A stretch of DNA of 64,000 bases, taken from Callorhinchus milii (Eukaryota). The position numbers were made by a program, and so were the translations under genes. The stretch covers positions 51,462,001 to 51,526,000 of the forward strand of contig NW_024704743.1 of assembly GCF_018977255.1 (NCBI RefSeq). The letters run 5' to 3'. This document shows positions 13,501 through 24,685 of this stretch, one piece after another; the stretch's first letter is position 1; each line of letters opens with the position of its first letter. The notes beneath the pieces were generated by a model. It saw only the letters and a list, made by a program, of their open reading frames with translations. It did not search any database and had not been told where the DNA came from.

Positions 13501-13715
13501 TGGGACCACTTCCCAGGTAATTCAGTTGCTTGAGTACTAGAATTAGGCCTGGGAAACTGCAGATTGAATCACAGTGGGCATCCTCAACCCTTCACCTTTT
13601 TGAGGTTAATGCATTGAATACCATGTCTATAAATATAATTTTGTTGTTGTTGTTTTTGTTGTACCATGACCTCCTGAATCCTTGACTGTCCAGTGCTTTG
13701 GGATGTCCTCCCGAC

Positions 13716-13872
13716 ATGAATCATAGAATTTTACAGCATGGAAGGAGGCCATTTGACCGATCGTGTCGGTGCTGGCTCTTTGGAAAGAACCACCCAAATC
13801 AATCCCATTCCCCCGCTCTCTCCCCATAGCCCTGCAAATTTGTCCTCCCCAATTAATTACCCATATTTAGAT
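13716..13872 (-). mobile_element. CR1 3' UTR/tail fragment
   Basis: atcatagaattttacagcatggaaggaggccatt...ctggctcttt...ctctccccatagccctgcaaattt is homologous to the reverse complement of about 46090-46220. Confidence 0.82.
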
Positions 13873-14124
13873 AAATATATAGTTATATTTATAATTATGA
13901 AAGGCTCTATACAAATGTAATTTTGTATTGTATTGAATTGGATGAGGGAAAGATAAATGGAGTCACTCTGAGGTTGCACTGGCTCTGATAAAAGAGTCCC
14001 ACAAATGCCAAGCAGGATCATAATAATCTAAAGCATTGGGGATGGTTTACTCATCATTGATATGGATGTGTAAGCATATCCTTAAATCTGCAAACCAAAG
14101 ACGTAACAGAGATGTCAGATCAGA

Positions 14125-14639
14125 TCAAATGGTAGCACTCTCGTCTCTGAGTGAGAAAGATGTGAGGGTCACGCCCACAATAGGACTTTAAACTCACAAG
14201 TCTAGGCTGACACTCTAATATAGTAAAGGGTCGTGGACCTGAAATGTTGACTCACTTTGCTTTCTCCATAATGCTGCCTGACCTGCTGAGTGTTCCCAGC
14301 GACTTCTGTTTTTGACTCTAATATAGTGCTGGGGGAGAGTTGAATTGTTAAAGGTGCCCATCCTTTGGATGAGACATTAAACCAAGGTGCCTTCTATCTG
14401 CTCAGGTGGACATTAACGATCCCATGACACTGTTTAACAAGAGGAGGGATTTTTTTCTGGTGTCCCAGCCTAGATAACATTGGTCAGGCTATCTCTGAAA
14501 CATTGCTATGTACAAATAGGCTGTCATATTCATCTATAAAATACATAATCACTACACTTTGCAATGTATCCTGTGAAAGACTTTGAGATGTCCTTCCTAC
14601 ATGAAAAATGATGTACCAAATATAAGCATTATTATTATA
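14125..14639 (+). mobile_element. DeuSINE interrupted by a 90-bp Penelope fragment
   Basis: ggtagcactctcgtctctgagt head and ggatgagacattaaaccaagg...caggtggacattaacgatcccatg core. Confidence 0.85.
14225..14314 (+). mobile_element. 90-bp Penelope terminal-repeat fragment inserted into a DeuSINE
   Basis: Matches about 52142-52232. Flanked by the exact 13-bp direct repeat actctaatatagt (14212-14224 and 14315-14327). Confidence 0.88.
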
Positions 14640-14874
14640 AGTAGGTTCCTGCACTAAATACAATGCATAAAAACAAAACACTAATATTCATATGTACTTG
14701 AGATGTCAAGTCAGAGGCAATTAATACCAAATTGTGTACTACGCAGTGTTTTTTCTGTAAATCCAGAGTGATTTTTGCATGCACCTATAAGTAAAATCAG
14801 AGCAAAAAGTCAATACAGCTGCTGGAATATATCGCTGAATAGTAAAAGGCACAACTTATTATGTGTATCCATAA

Positions 14875-15189
14875 TGTGGAGTCCTGTAGCTCAGTGGTTA
14901 GAGCACTCGCTTTGCAAGTGAGAGACCTGAGTTCAATTCCAGGCAGGGCAAAACCTTGGGCAAGTTTCCTTACTCCACACGCCTAATAATAATCCCTCCA
15001 AAGACAATAATAAATTGGTCATTTTCAATCTACGACTGTTTGCAGGACACTGCAGTGCGCAATTTGCTGCCGCGTTCGCCCACAAATGTACAGTCAATTC
15101 ACTTTACTGTATATTCTGTGAAGCGCTTTGGGACGTCCTCCCGACGTGAAAAGCACTATATCAAATGCAAGGATTATTATTATTATTAT
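14875..15189 (+). mobile_element. SINE family A, short form, full length
   Basis: Aligns end to end with 8961-9283 and 41877-42198. Confidence 0.95.
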
Positions 15190-16634
15190 AATATCATTTA
15201 AGTCCTGTTAATGGTGATATTTTAGTAAACATGACATGGCTATTTTGGTAATTGACCAGAAAATATCAGAAGTCCATGAAGCCACAAACTGTGCAATTAT
15301 AAATTTTTTTACTCTCTTTGCATCTGCATGCATTTTTCTGTAAAATGTAATACACCCAGTAGATACACTGATCATTATAACATTACATTAAGAGACAAAA
15401 CCACTATATTAAACAATGGCAAATATAGCACATAATCCATAAAGTAGCTTCCCCATTGGTCACTAATGTAAGTATCCTCTCCTATTTTCAATCACATTTT
15501 TATTATATCTGGCATTGTGGTTGTAATCTCAGTCAAACAGGATAAATATTGACAAGGAGTGAAAAAGCTCTGACACTCATTGTTTGGGAACTTTCCATTT
15601 TATCTATTAACAGAATTGGAAGCAGAAATAATAAGTGAATACTCCAGTGAGACATAATGTATGTACACAAATTATTTTGAAATAAATGATTAATATTTAT
15701 GGAGGATCAGCATGTGCAGCTAAGGTATTGGGTACTGATTACTATATTTATGAACTCTAGCTGAGCATGGTAAATATTAGGAGTGATGATTTCATAGATA
15801 CATGTTTCAGTGGTGGCGTCTTACCTTAAGATGTGCCATGTGTTTCATATTCCTTCAAACTCTGGAAGGAGTGAAACTAAATAAGGTTTTAAGTTCAAAC
15901 AAATCCCTCCCTTCGGTGCTGCTCATGTTCAGTGGACAATTTCAATTTGTTTTAGGCAAGTAATCTTTCCAGTGATGGAGGACTGATCATATGGATTCAC
16001 AATATAATCACTGGTTTCAAGTGATTGATGGGGAGGGAATGCTAGATCTGGTTAAATTCTTTTCACAAGAGGTTTTAATTTGCCCATCTTTCCTTCATGG
16101 TGTCTGATTACTGGACAAGATCCAATAGATTAACTGAAAGTCAGCTCCAGAAGTAGAAAGCTTTAGAGGGAAGAAATACACATGATATTTGGTGTGATTT
16201 AAAGCATTGTTGCCACTTACTGCTGCTGTCGTTGTGTTATCATTGTGCAAAATTAATAATAATTGGTGTTAACCACCACCCCATATGGAGTTTTGCTTAT
16301 GAAAAATAATAGGCTTTTGCTTTCATAGCATTGTTCAGTTGTTGAAATATTTTCAGACTTTTCAAGATGTCATATATATTTCATTGTGGCATTAACTTTG
16401 CCAAAAAAAGACTTAAAAAGTGCATCCATTTAAATGGTGTAGACGGTTTGATGTTTCAATATAACCAAACTCGATGTGTGGCTGTATGTGATGGCAGAGA
16501 TCTGCACTTTCCTGTAAAGTTAAGACCAGTATCTACCGGCAAACATAATGGGATATTTTGGGATTGGTTAAATGGAAGTAATGGTCTTCTCCAGTTTTAC
16601 ACATTCATTTACAGTTACTGAGATTGCATTTATC

Positions 16635-17100
16635 TCTGCTTGGCTGGCTCTGGCTTCCTGTTTGTCCCTCATCCTCTCGACTCCACCATCGGTGGCCGTG
16701 CCTTCAGCCACTATGTCCCAAAATTCTGGCACTCTCTCCCTCAATCCCTCTGCTTTACCCCTCCCTCCCCACTTTCAAATTCCACCTAAAGACCTTCCTT
16801 TTTGATTGTGCTTACAGTCACCCTGTGTGAAAGGCGCTATATTGGCAAGTTGTTATTGTTGTTATCTCTGGGTCCTCATTCAACCATACTAACCCAGCAG
16901 TTCCCTTTATTCAAAGAAAATCAGTTTGTTTCAGATCCCCCACCGTATCTGCCCACAATGAACAGAAACAGACATGCTGTCCCTGGTCTCTGGAACTCTT
17001 CTGACTTCCTCCCCCCTCTCCTCTTTCAAGGCACATCTCAAAATGTCCCTTTGCTGTGAATCCTCCCAACATAAAAGGTACTGTGTAAATGTAAATTGTA
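16635..17100 (+). mobile_element. Two short L2 3' fragments (about 16635-16865 and 16940-17100)
   Basis: ccaccatcggtggccgtgccttcagccac...ggcgctatattggcaagttgttattgtt. The second ends aaggtactgtgtaaatgtaaattgtattg. Confidence 0.75.
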
Positions 17101-17664
17101 TTGTACTCTACTACATTTCACATCAGAAAGAAGTTTTGAAGCACTTGTATGTATTTGTAGGCAAAAATAAGCACCCCACTGTCATACATCCTTCTGACAT
17201 TCATGAACAGAAATGGACAAGGTACCATTGGAACTATTTGTCACAATTTGTCAGTTTTGTAACTCCAAGAGAGCAAGTGGAAAATTGAATGGAAAATACA
17301 GGCTGAAAGTATTTTACCGCCTGCTCCTTCTAGCAGTATTCAGCTGCCAGTGCCAATGCAGGTGGGATGTGCAATAGAGTCACATATATGCATGCAATAT
17401 TTTTACCCATTTTTAAAAAAAGGGGTCAAAAGCATCTAAACCCAAAATGTCTGAATTAAGTCAAACATTTTCCAAATTAAGTGTTTTTACTATTTGGTTT
17501 CACCTTCTTTTTTGTGTTGCAGGTCCAGAATTTCAGCCTGGAGAACGGATAAGTGCAGATACTTTTATGATCTCTGGCATTCTGCAGGCAGTTAATAGCA
17601 TAACCTTCCCCATTCTGGAGGCTCTACTGATTTTCCCTTCCTCTGAAAAAGCATTTCTTGCTAC

Positions 17665-18190
17665 TGAAATCACACCAGTTCTAGTCAAGCTCCACTGGCT
17701 CCCTATCGTCGAATGGATCGATTTCAAGGGTAGGGAAACTGCAAAGAATCCCTGAATAATCCTGCTTCTTACCTTTTAATCACTCCAGTCTCAACCTACC
17801 CTATCTCAGATTCTCACCCACATGAAACGGATCGATTTCAAGATCCTCACACTCGTTTTCAAATCCCTTCATGCCCTGGCACCTCCCTACCTCTCCGACC
17901 TGCTTTCTTCCTAACCCACAACCCGCTGCCTCCTCGCGACTGGATCCTGCCTTCTGTGTGTCCCTTGTGCCCTCCATTCCACCATCGGTGGCCGCACTTT
18001 CAACCATTATGCCCCAAAACTCTGGAATACTCTTCCTCTATCCCTTCGTCATTCTCCTTTCTTCCCCATCTTCAGGTTGCGCCTGAAGACTTTCTTCTTC
18101 AACTGGGCATACAGCTACATCCCCTCTTCCCACGCTACCCTGCGTGAGAAGCACTATATAAATGCAAGTTGCTGTTGTTGTTGTTGTTGC
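17665..18190 (+). mobile_element. L2 3' fragments (about 17665-17730 and 17810-18190)
   Basis: ITPVLVKLHWLPIVEWIDFK, then gatcgatttcaagatcctcacactcgttttcaaatcc...cactatataaatgcaag(ttg)n. Confidence 0.85.
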
Positions 18191-18820
18191 TGAAAGCTCA
18201 TCTGGAATTGTCAATGCACCAGGAGGCGTTTCAGAGTGATATCAGCTGTGGCTGGGATTTGAACAGAGGTCTCATAGTCAGAAGTGGAGCACACTAACAG
18301 GATGTGTTACTGAGTCATCACACAAAACACACTGAAGGCTTACAGCGCATTTCAGTATATTTAAAGTTTGATATTTAAGAGGTTGGTAGTATTTGGTAAC
18401 AAAAGATTGATTTACAAATGGAGTGCCAGTGCTGCCAGTCACGATGACATCCATCTTGTGATGATATTTCCTGCCTCCATGTTTAATTGACAATGGCGTT
18501 GCTAACACTACATGATTGATGTCACATGGATTGACAATGCTGCTACATTCTTTGTTTGAATTTAAAAACTAGAAATATGTTAAAAAAAATTAGCAACTGT
18601 GTTTAAACCACAAACATTAAAATAGCGAGTTGCTCATTACGATGCAGAGCATTATCAATACATTCCTATATTTGTCACCAAAATTAAAGAATGCTGACCA
18701 GTTCATAGTGACTTGTTATTTCATAAGCCAGTCTTTTGATATATTTTTTTCTGATCTTCCTCCTCTGTGTTTTGAAAAACAGAACTTGTGCTAGTTTCAC
18801 TAAAGGAAAGCTTCCACTTT

Positions 18821-18990
18821 CCCTCTATACAGTCTATGCATTATATCTGTCTCCATAGACAGTATTTAATGTCTATATATTAAATACTATATACTCTATA
18901 CAATATCAAAAGCCCACATGCTAAAGCTGTCTCTATACAGCATCAAATCCCTATATGTCAAAGCTGCGTCTCTATGCAGTGTCAAATGCA
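18821..18990. repeat. Degenerate minisatellite, unit about 37 bp, 4-5 copies
   Basis: Recurring ctctatacag...tcaaa...aaagctg, for example tctctatacagcatcaaatccctatatgtcaaagctg. Confidence 0.65.
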
Positions 18991-19361
18991 TTCACCATTA
19001 TATAAAGAGGTATGAATGTAGTTCATATGAATGTTGATGAAATTTATATGGACTGCTATTATGTTCTGACAACAATGCCATATCTGGTTTCGGGAAAAGT
19101 GGACGAAGGTAAAATGAGTGCAAATACATGAGAAATCACATCTTAAAAGAAAAAGCTGGGTGAAGACTCTTTGCTCTTCTTTAATATGGGAGATTGTCAT
19201 TGCTTTGAGAAGGAACAAAGTCAAGAGAGTGTCACCATCATTCTAGCTTCTGGCAAATCATGAAGCCCTAAAGACATAATGAGACTCTTGGGCTACGAAT
19301 GCCATTGTAGTCACACAAAGACATCATCCGAATGCAAATTATGTCCTCATGACACATATTT

Positions 19362-19615
19362 GTCAGTTTAGCTCAGTTAGTAGCACTGTCGCCTTCAGGT
19401 CATAAGGTTGTGGATTCAAGCACCACATTGAAATTTAGCTCATAGTGTATGCTGCCACTCAATGCAAAACTGGGGGAGAGGCACACTGTCAGAAATGCCA
19501 TCTTTCAGATGACACTTTAAACTGAAGTCCCGTCTGTTCAGGTGGATATTTAAGATATCACATGACATTATTCAAAAATAGAAAGGAATTTTCCTTGTAT
19601 CCTGCCTGAGAATGC
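19362..19615 (+). mobile_element. DeuSINE 5' half
   Basis: agctcagttagtagcactgtcgcc...ggttgtggattcaagc...tgccatctttcagatga...caggtggatatttaagat. Confidence 0.8.
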
Positions 19616-21029
19616 CCCAGATTCATATTGTTAATTGAATGCTGCAAATTAGAATCCAAATATTCCTAATACATTTTTTTCAAAAAAAATCATACTTAAG
19701 CAAAACCATGTTTACGTAGTCTAATTTACCTTCTATTTGCAAGATCCAGGTAATTACACTTTAGGTTAATAAAATGAAATTGTATTAACCAGGCCACTAC
19801 AAAGTAAACCCTGTGTAACACCAAATGACTGCAGACGTCTCGAAGATATGATAAGGTGCTATGTAAAATGCAAAGATTATTATTATTATAGCTCTTTTAA
19901 GATTTTTTTGACTTTGGCAAAAAAATTGTCAAGCGATAAAGTATGAAATACTTTGGGGATAAATTGGTACAAAGTATTTGACATGATTCAAAATGTTAGT
20001 AGTGAAATTCCAGCCCCACTCAAATATGTCTTAAACTGGTACGACATATTGAAAACTGCAGTGTGATTAGTGGTACTGATATGATGAGAAGCACCACGAC
20101 AATTTGATGAATGGTGATCAGAAGTGTGATTCAGGAAGCGCCAGTATTTAGATCCCTGAAAATTTGTCATGGTATCTAACCACAGTGAGAATCCTTGATA
20201 TTATAGACAAGACCTTTTCATTTCACCACAAAACAGAAATGACCTAAATGTTTTGTGGCCTTGTTCGAGCCATTATGACCCTAGTACTGTAGATGCATTT
20301 TCCAGAATTTCAACATATTTTGAATGTCTAAATTATGTTTAACACCTTTCACATATGTGTTTATGGAAATACATGCTAGCTGTTTTGAAATTAGTTTTGT
20401 AGAAGTGGACAATTTCTGCACTAGGTTGAAGCAACACAAGAATTGTGTCACAGCACAAAGGACCACCATCAAACTAAATTTAGTCCCTTTGCATTTATGC
20501 TCAAAGACACAAATTCAAAATAACTTGGATCAGTTATACTTAAATCTAAATGTTCCTTTAAAGAACAACAACAACTTGCATTTATATAGCCCCCTTCATA
20601 CAGGGTAGTATATTGGAGCATTAGAGAGTGTTATGTGGCTACATATAGCATAGCCTAATGAGGAGAAAAAATGACCATTTGCCAAAATCAGAACTTTGAA
20701 AGACTGTCTAGAAACATGTATTTTATTTATTTTAAAGATGGTAATTAAAATAAATTAATAAATATGTTTTATTAATCTGGGTGATGGATTGTTTGCAATT
20801 TTGAAACAGAATTGAAAACATTTATTTTAAAATGGAGTAAGGACTTCCAATCAGATGTTCTTAAAAAAGATATATTCAATTTATTTTGCAGACAATGCTC
20901 AAAACAATGCATAGGATATACAAATATTATTTTTCAATGAACGATATGTGTAGTAAACCAAAGCAGGGTCAAGCATACTGTTAATCCAATGTGCCATCCA
21001 TTGAAACTACATCTACAAGTTATGCTACA

Positions 21030-21203
21030 CAAATAATAATAATTTGGTCACTCAATCCACGACTGTTTGTGGGACACTGCTGTGCACAATTGGCTTCCGC
21101 ATTTTGCCTATAAAAATATACAGATATATTCTGTGAAGTGGTGTGAGACATGTTGTACCCATGGTAAGGTGCTATATCAAATGCAAAGATTATTATTCTT
21201 ATT
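21030..21203 (+). mobile_element. SINE 3' half (family A, long-form tail)
   Basis: caatccacgactgtttgtgggacactgctgtgcacaattggc...ggtaaggtgctatatcaaatgcaaagattattatt. Confidence 0.85.
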
Positions 21204-22696
21204 ACACAAGAGTGGGGGAAGGAAGGAACGGGAATAGGAAATCTCCACGTACTGAAAACGTAGTGCCTTGCAGGCTAAGAAGCACCATTATTTTCTTTTG
21301 AGCATTTTTTTTAGGTGAAAAATGGTGTTTCATAAATAAATATAATAAGGCAATGAAAAAAATTGAATCCAGTGTTGAATAGCTTGAGATGATCCTTTGT
21401 AATACATTAAGGTTATTAATGTCTTTTAAAAGGTTAACAAGAACACCTAACTTTGCTCGTCAAGGCTAAGTCTTACATTGTTCTCTGCTTTGGCTAGGCA
21501 TGAACTGTTTGTCTAACACTCGTAATTTGCAGTCCAATTATGAAAAAGATTCATTATCAATATATCTCACTGATGTGAAAGAACAAGTACTTTCTTAATT
21601 ACATGTGGAATTATGGATGGTTTGGAATGTATTACTGAAGTTCCACGCTGGTTTGGAGCAGATATGTATAAAGCAATGGCACAGGACAAGACTCCACATA
21701 AAACATCCTTCCCCCAACAAGGAACCATCTACGTCTTAATATTTATCTCCAATCATCTGTTACTTTGCCCATTATAACCCATCCTTGTCATAGCATTTGT
21801 CTTGACAACCTGTCAAGACTGTGCTAAAGAAAGGGTTTATTAAGAAATGACTGCTGCCTTTTGGCATTACTTTGGTCACACTTAATTTTTGAAAGCTTTC
21901 CTCTGTTTCAAATTGTTTTACAGTTTTTGTGCTTCAAGCGGAATTGTAGTACATGGCTGAAGTTGTGGTTAATATTAGTTTCCTCAACCACATTATTGCA
22001 CTTTTGATGTGTTCAATCAGCTGTACAATTGCTTGGTCCAATGATGTTGCAAATGGGCTATAACTTCCGCTAAATAAAACTGGAATAATTATGTACCACA
22101 ACTATTCAAAGGCACCTTGTTACAATGCAATTTGAGTTCTGCGACATATTGTGTGTTACTCCAATGGGCGGTACGATGGTGCTACTGTGTAGCAGCATAA
22201 AGGCCTTTGCAATTGTCTTTGCAATTCCTCACAGGTTACATTGGAATACTAATCTTGGGAATACCATCAGGGAGGATAACTATGAAGAGCCCAGTCATAG
22301 TCTCCCTGCCAGGAAAGGAAAGGTGCAATGTCTCTTCTCACCCACCCATTCTTTCGTCCTAGGATAAGGCATCCCGTTCAACTGGAATTTAAAGATTCCA
22401 GTACACTATTGGAAAAGAGAAGAGAGTTTCTTCCATTATTAGAAAATAATTCTGCTTCACAATTCACAAACAGAGATCTGAGTAGGTACAGTGGACCACC
22501 AATGAGATTATATACAACACATGTAAATAAGATAAAATATAAAATCAGCTTTATATTGTAAAATGATCATCAGCTGCTAAATTTTAGACACTTATCTGTA
22601 ATGCTATTCCTAAACAGCTGGTTATGAAGTATCAGTCCATTGAATACCTACAGGTTGCTCACATAAATAACATTTTGGCTTTGAGTACATAATGAT

Positions 22697-22732
22697 ACAT
22701 AATTTTAAACATAATTTAAAACATAATTTTAA
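22697..22732. repeat. 12-bp tandem repeat, three copies
   Basis: acataattttaa acataatttaaa acataattttaa. Confidence 0.75.
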
Positions 22733-23211
22733 GGCAGCTAACGTTTGCTATCAAAAATGCAGTTTTTAAAGCTCTTACCATTTTACTAGCTAATTTTGCT
22801 GCATTTGTACTGCATGTTTGGCAGTCAATTGGCACAAATTTGTCAGGTATTCACTGTCAAATGTGCCACGGAGACTTAAATAATATGAATTAGATTGAAG
22901 CTTTGCCAGTACCACCTCCTGGAGGAGGTGGATTCATTCACAAACACAATGAATGTGAATCACACTGGGTCGCACCCTCATTCTCTATTCACAGATCTCA
23001 AGCCAACCGTTAACTTTGAATAGAGCATTTGCAACATTATTAATCACCTAAATGATCCCAGGTCAACAAAATCTTATTTCTTTTGTCAGTCCCATTTGAA
23101 ACTGATATGGAACAGGCTATATAAACATGGCTTCTCATTCCCCATCACAACACTGTCAGGAGTGAAATAACCTCACTGCTGGCTGGCATGATAACCTTAA
23201 CATGAATAGCA

Positions 23212-23637
23212 ATAACCTTGGCATTGGATATAGGATCTTATCACATTGTTAAGATATCTCTAAGTGCTTCACATGATATACTGTGCATTTTGTAGGCAAA
23301 CGTAGTAGCCAATTTGCAAAACGCAATGCCTCACAAACAGCCATGAAGTGATTGACCTTATTTTAAATTTGGGGCATTGTTGCATCAGTGCATTGAGATA
23401 AACTCCCTTCTTGTTTTTTAAATAGCGCTGTGGGATCCTTAACGTCCACCTGAACTAGCACATGGGACTTTGGTTTAATGTGTCACCTGAAGGACCGCAC
23501 TTCTGACAATGCAGTGCTGCCCCCAGCACCACACTGGCGTGTCAGCCTAGACTGAATTCAAAGTGTTGGCACGGGGCTTGAACCCACAATGTTTTGACTC
23601 AGAGGTGAGAGTGCTGACAACTGAACCTGGCTGATAT
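23212..23637 (-). mobile_element. DeuSINE (SacSINE1-like), near full length
   Basis: Reverse complement has tcagttgtcagcactctcacctctgagtcaaaacattgtgggttcaagccc, aggctgacacgccagtg, caggtggacgttaaggatccc and the tail. Confidence 0.88.
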
Positions 23638-24559
23638 CTAAAGAGTTCTGGATAATCTTTCTATGTTGATGTACTAACTATCAACGGAACTCCAATACTG
23701 CATACCAGAGACAACAGGGTTTGAAAATGTCGTACTCATGACCTAGATTCTCTAATACAGTGATGATGAGTTGCCAATAAAACTGCTGCCAATGACCAGA
23801 ATGTGTTGCACTGACCTGCAGGAACTGCACTCCAGAACAGAGGTCCAAATAACAGGTATACAAACTCTGGATGTGTATATCTCAGAGCACACTAACCAAA
23901 GGTTTTGCCAGTTTGTATTCACAGAGAGTGGAAAGCTGCAATGCTTCAAATGACAAAGCACAAATGAAGATTTACCTTTTCTAAGTGCACAGCCACTATT
24001 TCATTACAAAGCTGCTATCAATACACTATGATGTCACAGCACTACCTCTCAAGAAAGGGACAGTTCACTGTCTTTATAGGGTTTAATACTAATTATACAG
24101 TGTGCACTATTGAATTTACTCAAGTGCTTTGCTGGATTGTCTCCAAGCACTAACAAGCAAATGAAATTAAATGAAAGGGTCAATTCAAAGCACCATGTAA
24201 GTACTTTGGAGGCTCGTCACAATATAGGCCTCTGATCAACACAAACATGACGTTCACCCGCCCACATATGAATGCCTCATTTTCTAATAATATCCAGCAT
24301 CATTATGTACATTTGTGCACTTCACAAACACAAAAAAAGAAGTTGTCCTTGCCTTTTTCCGAATAGACTGAAGGAAGAAAGCATTTGAAATGAATGAGAA
24401 TGTAAAGGAAGAGTATAGCAATAGAATTCGAAAACCACTNAAAAAGACTTCCAACATATTTGGAACAACATATTCCAACATATTTCCAACAACTTAGGAA
24501 GTATAATCGAATAAATAATATCAAAAGTAAGGATTTTTTACGATCCATAAAATAAGAAT

Positions 24560-24685
24560 CTAAATGTGGGACATTGCTGTGCGTAAGTTGGCCGTGCATT
24601 CATCTACAAATATAAAATCATTTCTTTTTATAGTAATTACTTGTGAAGCGCTTGGAGGTGGTATGTCAAATGCAAATATTATATT
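24560..24685 (+). mobile_element. Degenerate SINE 3' half
   Basis: tgtgggacattgctgtgcgtaagttggccg...tgtgaagcgctt...tcaaatgcaaat. Confidence 0.7.

Noticed and set aside
14956..15201. Recurrent ORF MGKFPYSTRLIIIPPK...YYYY (also 41958 and 50525), resembling a small-protein family
   Set aside because: It is the chance translation of SINE A copies, starts at TTG, and its poly-Tyr end is the ATT microsatellite.
18217..18230. CTCF-like motif gcaccaggaggcgt
   Set aside because: It is an imperfect match next to a probable decayed SINE head and cannot be supported from sequence alone.
18821..18990. Spaced repeats of about 37 bp resembling a CRISPR-like array
   Set aside because: The whole unit is repeated degenerately with no unique spacers, there are no cas genes and the context is vertebrate. 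It is a minisatellite.
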